A stretch of 25,676 nt of DNA from a virus (taxonomy: Duplodnaviria > Caudoviricetes), in IMG/VR virus record IMGVR_UViG_3300038318_000510, positions 1-25,676 of that record, one strand, 5' to 3'. The notes under the pieces were generated by a model, which was not told the DNA's origin, made no database searches, and saw only the letters and a list, made by a program, of their open reading frames with translations. The position numbers were made by a program, and so were the translations under genes. Of this stretch, positions 19,656-25,676 are shown in pieces (the stretch's first letter is position 1; each line of letters begins with the position of its first letter).

Positions 19656-20333
19656 ATGGCGAGACTTTGCTTGGACTATGGGCATGGTGGAGAAGATCCA
19701 GGAGCCATATATAAAGAACGATGCGAAAAAGATGATACATTAAATCTTGGTAGAGCAGTGGCTAAAATCTTAAGAAGGCATGGAGTTATTGTAGATGAAA
19801 CTAGAACGAAAGATATAACTGTAAGCTTAAAGGAAAGAAGTAACTTTGAAAAGAAGGGTAGATATGATTATTTTATATCCTTCCATCGAAACGCCTTTAA
19901 ACCAGAGAAAGCTAAAGGGGTAGAAACTTATACCTATCTAAATCAAGGGGCAAAGGCTAAAGAGTTAGCTGATAAGATCCAAAATTCTTTAGTGGATGTT
20001 GGCTTTACAGATAGAGGAGTAAAGGCTGCTAACTTTCATGTATTAAGAGAAACTAAAGCACCGGCAGTACTTATAGAAATAGGGTTTATTGATAATAGTA
20101 GGGACAACCAAATATTCGATAATAAGTTTGAGAAAATCGTAAAAGCCATATCAAAAGCAATTTTATCTCAGTTAGGAATTAAATATATAACATCTACTGG
20201 CTCTCCACCAAAGAGTCAAACTCTATATCGAGTGATGGCAGGTTCTTTTAAAGAAAGAGAAAATGCAGAAAGACAAGTTAAAAAATTAAAATCGACAGGT
20301 TTTGATGCCACCATTATGATATTCAATAAATAA
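19656..20333 (+). CDS. Endolysin: N-acetylmuramoyl-L-alanine amidase (Amidase_3) with a SPOR-like C-terminus
   Basis: LDYGHGGEDPGA, EK, ISFHRNA and PAVLIEIGFIDN; C-terminal LYRVMAGSFKERENAE. Confidence 0.93.
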   Translation: MARLCLDYGHGGEDPGAIYKERCEKDDTLNLGRAVAKILRRHGVIVDETRTKDITVSLKERSNFEKKGRYDYFISFHRNAFKPEKAKGVETYTYLNQGAKAKELADKIQNSLVDVGFTDRGVKAANFHVLRETKAPAVLIEIGFIDNSRDNQIFDNKFEKIVKAISKAILSQLGIKYITSTGSPPKSQTLYRVMAGSFKERENAERQVKKLKSTGFDATIMIFNK

Positions 20334-20339
20334 TATTTT

Positions 20340-20372
20340 GCCTTGGACAAATCGTTCAGGGCTTATTTTTTT
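20340..20372 (+). terminator. Terminator of the late operon
   Basis: GCCTTGGAC-AAATC-GTTCAGGGC followed by TTATTTTTTT. Confidence 0.65.
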
Positions 20373-20432
20373 AACCCTAAAAGCCTTAAATTTCTAATAT
20401 AAATCAAGCCTTAATTATAAGTGAAAGTTAAC

Positions 20433-20461
20433 TTGATAATAGTGAAACGTAATTGTAATAT
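20433..20461 (+). promoter_or_regulatory. Putative sigma-A promoter of the recombinase operon
   Basis: TTGATA-17 bp-TAATAT, upstream of RBS AAGGAGG. Confidence 0.45.
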
Positions 20462-20491
20462 GCTAGTACCAAAACATAAGGAGGAGATAGA

Positions 20492-21349
20492 ATGTTGTTA
20501 AGTCAAGAGATACAGGAGTTTTCAAAATATATGAAGCTAATAGACAGGTCAGAGCAAACCATTATAGGATATGAAAAAGAACTGATTTATTTTGATAATT
20601 TCTTAAGTGTAAAACATAATTGCCCAATGTATATAAAAGATATTGAATTGGAGGATATTGAGGATTATCTTCTGGACCAAAAGGAGAGAGGCATAGCAAC
20701 AGCTAGTAGAAGTAGGTCAGTTTACATCTTAAGAAGCTTTTATAAATACTGCGTGAAAAAAGATATTGTTAAGAAAAATATTGCTAATCTAATCGAACCA
20801 GTAAAAGTAAAACAAAAGGAAAGAGACTTTTTAACAGAAGAGGAATTTGAAGCACTTATAGAAGCAATTAGGCAGCCAGTTATTAAAACAGTGGTGCAGA
20901 CTATGTTCTACACTGGTGGGAGAGTATCAGAGATAATTCATTTAAAACTAGAAGACGTGGATTTAGAAAACAAAGTAATGCATATTATTGAAGGAAAAGG
21001 TGGAAAGGATAGGGACATTCCAATCAACAATAAACTTTGCAACATACTACAAAATTATTTAAAAAACATTAGAGAAGCAGATTCTAATAGGTTCTTTGCT
21101 TTAGAAAGTACTGGAAAAGTATCTAGTAGCTATATCAACAGGCTTATTAAAGAAGCTGCAGATGAGATTGGACTTGAAAAAGAAGTATCAGCCCATGTGT
21201 TAAGGCATTCTTTTGGAACAAACCTTTTAGAAAAAGGAGCTTCAGTGGTAAGCATTCAAAAACTACTGGGCCATGCAAACCTAGCAGTAACCACAAGATA
21301 TCTACATCAAGACATGAATAAATTAAGCGATACAGTAAATCTTTTATAG
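20492..21349 (+). CDS. XerC/D-like tyrosine recombinase
   Basis: SAM-like N-domain; complete catalytic set TGGRVSE, GKGGKDR, HVLRHSF, LGH and TTRY; no arm-binding domain apparent at 285 aa. Confidence 0.93.
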   Translation: MLLSQEIQEFSKYMKLIDRSEQTIIGYEKELIYFDNFLSVKHNCPMYIKDIELEDIEDYLLDQKERGIATASRSRSVYILRSFYKYCVKKDIVKKNIANLIEPVKVKQKERDFLTEEEFEALIEAIRQPVIKTVVQTMFYTGGRVSEIIHLKLEDVDLENKVMHIIEGKGGKDRDIPINNKLCNILQNYLKNIREADSNRFFALESTGKVSSSYINRLIKEAADEIGLEKEVSAHVLRHSFGTNLLEKGASVVSIQKLLGHANLAVTTRYLHQDMNKLSDTVNLL

Positions 21350-21360
21350 GAGGGAAAAGG

Positions 21361-22107
21361 ATGAGTGATAATAAACCAATTTATACTTCAAAGGTAAGAA
21401 AGATAATAGAGCTATTGAAATTTCAAACAAGAGATGAAGCTGCAGAGGAATTAGGGTATAAAAACTACAAGAGTTTGGATATGTATATGAGAAGAAAGAA
21501 TTTCAGATTTGATAGTGACAGTGGGCAGTATGTACCAAAGGAAAATAGAGTAGACAAATTAAACCGAGACCCTAAAAGTTATGCACCTATAAAGGTAGTG
21601 AGTATCATCACTGCCTTTGAGGAAGCTAACGCAGACCCAATGCTAATAGCCAAACAAGAAGGATTCAAAGACCATAAGGAAATGGCAGAATATATGGCTA
21701 ATAAGGGTTATGAGTGGAATGCTTATAAAAATAATTATGTAAAGACTATAGGAAAGGTAGAGGAAAAAACAGCAGATGAAGTAATAGAGGAAGTAGTAAC
21801 AACCCAAAGTCCACCGACAGATATAGATGAATACATTCCATTTATCCGATTTCTATATGAGAAAAGAGATGATATTTATCAGTTGTTATCAGGAACTAAA
21901 GAAGATGGAACCATACCAAGATATGTAGTGCCAGGACTTGTTAGAACCAAAGCCATTTATATGAGTGATATGGTGGCAAAGCTTACTGCAGAATTTAGCA
22001 AAGAAAAGAATGTAACCCAAAGAGAAGTCATGGAGGGAGCACTGATTGAATATTTGCAGAAGTATGGGTTTAAGAGGGAAGTTGAATCATTATTGAAGAA
22101 TCAATAA
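21361..22107 (+). CDS. Hypothetical, probably DNA-binding, partner of the recombinase
   Basis: RBS GGAGG 11 nt after the recombinase stop; duplicated HTH-like motif; ribbon-helix-helix-like C-terminus. Confidence 0.6.
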   Translation: MSDNKPIYTSKVRKIIELLKFQTRDEAAEELGYKNYKSLDMYMRRKNFRFDSDSGQYVPKENRVDKLNRDPKSYAPIKVVSIITAFEEANADPMLIAKQEGFKDHKEMAEYMANKGYEWNAYKNNYVKTIGKVEEKTADEVIEEVVTTQSPPTDIDEYIPFIRFLYEKRDDIYQLLSGTKEDGTIPRYVVPGLVRTKAIYMSDMVAKLTAEFSKEKNVTQREVMEGALIEYLQKYGFKREVESLLKNQ

Positions 22108-22154
22108 ATTTAGCGAGAAAAAGAATAGTTTATGCTATAATGGGAGGTGATCAC

Positions 22155-22185
22155 ACTCCAGCAACCTACGGGTCTGGGGTTTTTT
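22155..22185 (+). terminator. Hairpin with C(UACG)G tetraloop and U tract
   Basis: ACTCCAG-CA-ACC-TACG-GGT-CTGGGGT-TTTTT. Confidence 0.6.
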
Positions 22186-22276
22186 ACTTAAAAGCTAAAT
22201 TTTTAAAATAGTTAACATTAATAAAACAATTGGGTATATTAATAGTAAGAAACTAATAAAATAATAAATAAAAGTT

Positions 22277-22315
22277 TTGATTTAGTACTCCTTCTACTGT
22301 ATAATTGTATTACAA
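22277..22315 (+). promoter_or_regulatory. Sigma-A promoter with adjacent palindrome
   Basis: TTGATT-17 bp-TATAAT, then TTGTA-T-TACAA covering the expected +1 region. Confidence 0.6.
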
Positions 22316-22345
22316 GAATATATTATTTGAAAAGGAGGGACGAGA

Positions 22346-22519
22346 ATGGCAACATCATCTTTTAATAAAGATTTCACCTTAAAAACTAAAAAAGCTGTGG
22401 AGTCATTCGAGAGAATAGTTTCCACTCCTACGAAGAGTATTAAAATTGATAAAAAGTTTTTATCGCCTGAAAAAGAAAGGCGAGGTGAGCTTAAATTAAA
22501 ACAAATGTTATCTCGTTAA
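22346..22519 (+). CDS. Small basic protein (57 aa), putative antitoxin (not in the ORF track)
   Basis: RBS AAAGGAGG; MATSSFNKDFTLKTKKAVESFERIVSTPTK...; lies directly upstream of the GNAT gene. Confidence 0.7.
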   Translation: MATSSFNKDFTLKTKKAVESFERIVSTPTKSIKIDKKFLSPEKERRGELKLKQMLSR

Positions 22520-22533
22520 AAAGACTGATAGAA

Positions 22534-23097
22534 ATGAGTGATGAGGAAAAAGCTCAGGAACTCATTTCTATTTTTAATTGTGAGAAGGATAAAGATATTG
22601 AAAACTTTATAAGAGAAAGAGCAATATTATTTGAGAAACTTGGTAAAAGTAGAACCTATCTTATATTTGATGAAGATGAAGAGGAGTTCAAAGTTCTAGC
22701 TTACTTTACCTTAGCAATGCAGGTCTTAAAAATACCTGAAGATTTACTATCGAATCGTAAGACGAAATTTCTTGATGGTTTTAGTTCGAAAATAAGAGGG
22801 GAAAAGATTACTGAATTTCCAACAATTCTAATTGGACAAGTAGGTAAGAATGATTTATTTAAAGAATTAATTTCAGGAAATGAGATTATGCAATATTGTC
22901 TTTCAACTGTATTTAAGGGACAAGCAGTTCTAGCTGGTAGAATCATCATGCTAGAATGTAAAGATATACCGTACATAATTAACCTTTATAAAAAGTTTGG
23001 TTTTCAGAAATTAGAAAAAGATTATGATGAGGATGAGCATATTCAAATGATTAAAATTCTTGAAGAGGATGAAATAATAGAGCCACAAGATCAGTAA
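22534..23097 (+). CDS. GNAT-family acetyltransferase, putative toxin
   Basis: FNCEKDKDIENFI, LAYFTL, ILIGQVGKN, IIMLEC and LYKKFGF resemble AtaT/TacT-type GNAT toxins; the true start may be 22495. Confidence 0.7.
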   Translation: MSDEEKAQELISIFNCEKDKDIENFIRERAILFEKLGKSRTYLIFDEDEEEFKVLAYFTLAMQVLKIPEDLLSNRKTKFLDGFSSKIRGEKITEFPTILIGQVGKNDLFKELISGNEIMQYCLSTVFKGQAVLAGRIIMLECKDIPYIINLYKKFGFQKLEKDYDEDEHIQMIKILEEDEIIEPQDQ

Positions 23098-23244
23098 TGA
23101 TTTAAATATAAGATATATAAAATGCGAATAAAACATTTGAGTAACAAAAATCATTAGAAAACCATTATGAATAATAAGCTTATAAAACCTATCAGTATGC
23201 ATAATGATACTCATTATATGAATGAAGACTAATTTAGGAATATA

Positions 23245-23288
23245 AGAAGGCTCTGAACCTTTGATTTAAGTGGGGTTCAGGGCTTTTT
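23245..23288 (+). terminator. Inverted repeat / terminator just upstream of the second repeat core
   Basis: AGAAGGCTCTGAACC ... GGTTCAGGGCTTTTT, a 15-bp stem with G-U pairs. Confidence 0.6.
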
Positions 23289-23309
23289 GTTATACATAGA
23301 AATAGGTAA

Positions 23310-25676
23310 TTTTGTGCTATTAACCTTGCTGAAGTAAAGGTAACTTTTAATACTGCAGTTGATAAGAAATCTATTGATTTAGCTAATTTTAAATATGATG
23401 GAATTAAGTTAGACGCAAATAATAAAGATGGTTTTACATTGTCCGAAGATGGAAAAACAGTTGTTTTCTTCAAGGATAAAGCCTTCGTTTCAAATCAACA
23501 GCAAACTAGAAAAATTTCACTAAGTGGAATTAAATCAGTTGATGGGAAAGAAATGGCACCAATTGTAGATCAAAAGATTTCATTTATTGATACAGAAGTT
23601 CCTACATTAACAAATGTTGAAGTTATAGGAAACAGATTATTAAAATTAGTTTTCAATGAACCACTTGATAGAACTCTAAATTCAGCTAAGATTTATTCTA
23701 ACTATAGAATTGATAACAAGGCAGTTGTAGGAGATGCTACAGCACCAGTTTCAATTTCAAGAAATAATATAACTCTCACATTAGCTGCAGGATTATCAGC
23801 TGGTGAGCATACAATGAACTTTGTTAATGGTACCGTTAAGGACTATGCAGGTTTTGGAGCAGTTGCACCAGACGTTAAGTTCACTGTTCTTGAAGATACC
23901 GCAAAGCCAGAAATAAAAGAAGTAGCTGCAGCAGAGCAAAATATGCTTGAACTTCAGTTTAATAAAGCAGTTAATGTTAGCAATGCAAAAATTTACTGGA
24001 TGAATGGTGTAGTAAAGAAACAAGCAAGCGTGTACACATTAGCTGATAAATCTTACGTTTATGCGGATTTTTATGATGCAAATCATACAAAAGCTCTTCC
24101 ATTAGTAGAAACTACAGTTTATATTGAAGGTGTAAAAGACTACTATGGAAATGCAATGGATAAAGTTGAATTAAAGGTAAAAGCTAATGCTGATATAACC
24201 AGACCTACTATAAAATCCGTTGTACCAGAATTATACAATGAAAACGGTGCATTTATTGCCACTTTTGATGAGGATGTATTAATTCCTACTTCATGGTATA
24301 ACAAGGTTGTTGTAACTGACAAAGATGGATATAAGGTAACAGTTACAGGTCTACAATATAATACAGATAGTGCTAATAACTCTATTATGAGTGAAGTTAA
24401 GATTCTTGGATCATTCCCAAGTTCAAGTTCACCATATACTGTAACAATTAAAGATTTTCCAGATTTATCACCACAGGAAAATACTAACCTAGTTCAAGAG
24501 TTTAAAATTGGAGTAGACGATACAACAAAACCAAGTGTTCAAAAAGCTACATTTATACCGACAAATAATAGCTTGGTTATAACTTTCTCAAAAGCAGTTG
24601 ATCCAGCAACAGCTGCAGACTTATCAAATTACACTTACGAATACAATGGATTATACATTGCATTCCCAAGTGGTGCAGATGTTGTTATGTCAAATAACTT
24701 GAAAGTAGCTACTATTACATTGCCAGCTTCTTGGTATGTAGGCTCAACACAACTTACTGCTGCAAATTATTTCAATACTGAAAAAAGAATGATAATAAAT
24801 AATATAACAGATTTATTAGGAAATAAGAGGGGTACAGCTACAATACTTACTGATATTGATAAGGGTATTCTTGCAGCAGTAGATAGCGTACAATCCAGAA
24901 GCAAAAATACAATAAGAATTCAATTAAATGCAACAACTGGCAATCTTCCAGTTGAAGCATATGCAGGAGATTTCGAAATTGTATTAGCATCAGATGGCAC
25001 AACAGCAGTTCCTGGATTATATGTAACAGATGCTAAAGTGGATTCAGCAAATAGAAGAATCAATTTAACATTATCAGATGAAATAAATGCAGATGGAAAG
25101 ACATATGGAACACCTGCTGTAGCTTTCGAAGTAAAGACAGTAACAACCCCATCAATAACTAAAGATGCATATAATACTCCATTTGTTATGGCAGCAACAG
25201 TTCCTGCTGACAAAGTAAGTGCTGATTTAGTAATGCCAGCCAGCGGAGTACTTGAAGTAACCGGCAACACAGTTACTGTTCCATTCAATGAACCATTAAC
25301 TACAATTAGTGTTAGTGATAAAGCAGGTACAGCATTTGTAGTTAGAGATAGAAATGGACAAAAATTAACATTTGATGAAGACTATACTGTTATAGCAAGT
25401 GGCAACAATGTATTAATCAATTTTACTGCTTCTCAAGACAGTTTTGTTACTGTAGAGCTTATTGATAATACATTAGTTAAAGACGCTGCTGGTAATTTAG
25501 TAAATGACTTTAGTGCAGTTCAATCTAATGGACCAGTTAATGCACCAGCATATACAATTAATTATGCTACTGAAAAAACTAACGAAGTTATACCAACAAC
25601 AGTAGAATATGCAACAGATGTTGCATTTACAACAGGACGTATGGATGGAACTGGGGCAGTTATTGCTGTAACACCA
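23310..25676 (+). pseudogene. Headless S-layer protein-like cassette 2 (open frame of at least 789 codons, runs off the window)
   Basis: Manual translation found no stop: FCAINLAEVKVTFNTAVDKKSIDLANF... Repeated Ig-like units (DTEVPTLTNV..LVFNEPL, DTAKPEIKEV..LQFNKAV, DITRPTIKSV, DTTKPSVQ..ITFSKAV). In-frame TAA at 23307-23309; no start codon, RBS, signal peptide or SLH at the 5' end. Confidence 0.8.
23314..23324 (+). repeat. GTGCTATTAAC direct repeat copy 2 (candidate att/crossover core)
   Basis: Identical to 35-45. Confidence 0.65.

Larger units (their letters stand above)
4549..20333 (+). mobile_element. Defective siphoviral prophage late region (head, tail, lysis); the element probably extends to about 23324
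   Basis: Near-canonical co-oriented gene order from terminase to endolysin; no early genes in the window. Confidence 0.92.

Noticed and set aside
23194-23224. dif-like look (AGTATGCATAA ... TTATATGAATG)
   Set aside because: Spacer is 9 bp rather than 6 and the right arm matches poorly; not called as dif
24370-24380. GTGCTAATAAC, a 10/11 in-phase match to the core inside cassette 2
   Set aside because: Internal to a continuous frame with no KVTFN context or discontinuity; probably chance, though a secondary site is not excluded
1-25676. CRISPR array, tRNA/rRNA, diversity-generating retroelement, invertible shufflon
   Set aside because: No repeat-spacer array, structural RNA gene or reverse transcriptase seen by eye; the two cores and cassettes are in direct orientation, which fits excision/integration rather than inversion

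Overview
Low-GC Firmicute (Clostridia-like) DNA. Most of the window (4549-20333) is the late region of an HK97-type siphoviral prophage: truncated terminase, portal, Clp protease, capsid, connectors, tail, holin and amidase. It is followed by an Xer-like tyrosine recombinase with a partner gene and a probable GNAT toxin-antitoxin pair. A frameshifted ISL3 element (3088-4548) with no target-site duplication cuts the terminase gene, and no early phage genes are present. The main finding is at the two ends. The prophage is bracketed by two large, dissimilar S-layer-like reading frames (about 34-3042, and 23310 to the window end; the second is missing from the ORF track). Neither has a signal peptide or SLH anchor. 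Both begin at the same 11-bp sequence GTGCTATTAAC (35-45 and 23314-23324), in the same codon phase and encoding [S/C]-A-I-N-x4-K-V-T-F-N. My inference is that a ~23.3-kb element integrates inside an S-layer gene and carries its own replacement 3' S-layer cassette, leaving a tandem set of headless cassettes, i.e. phage-driven S-layer switching. Family assignments come from motif recognition only; no searches were run.
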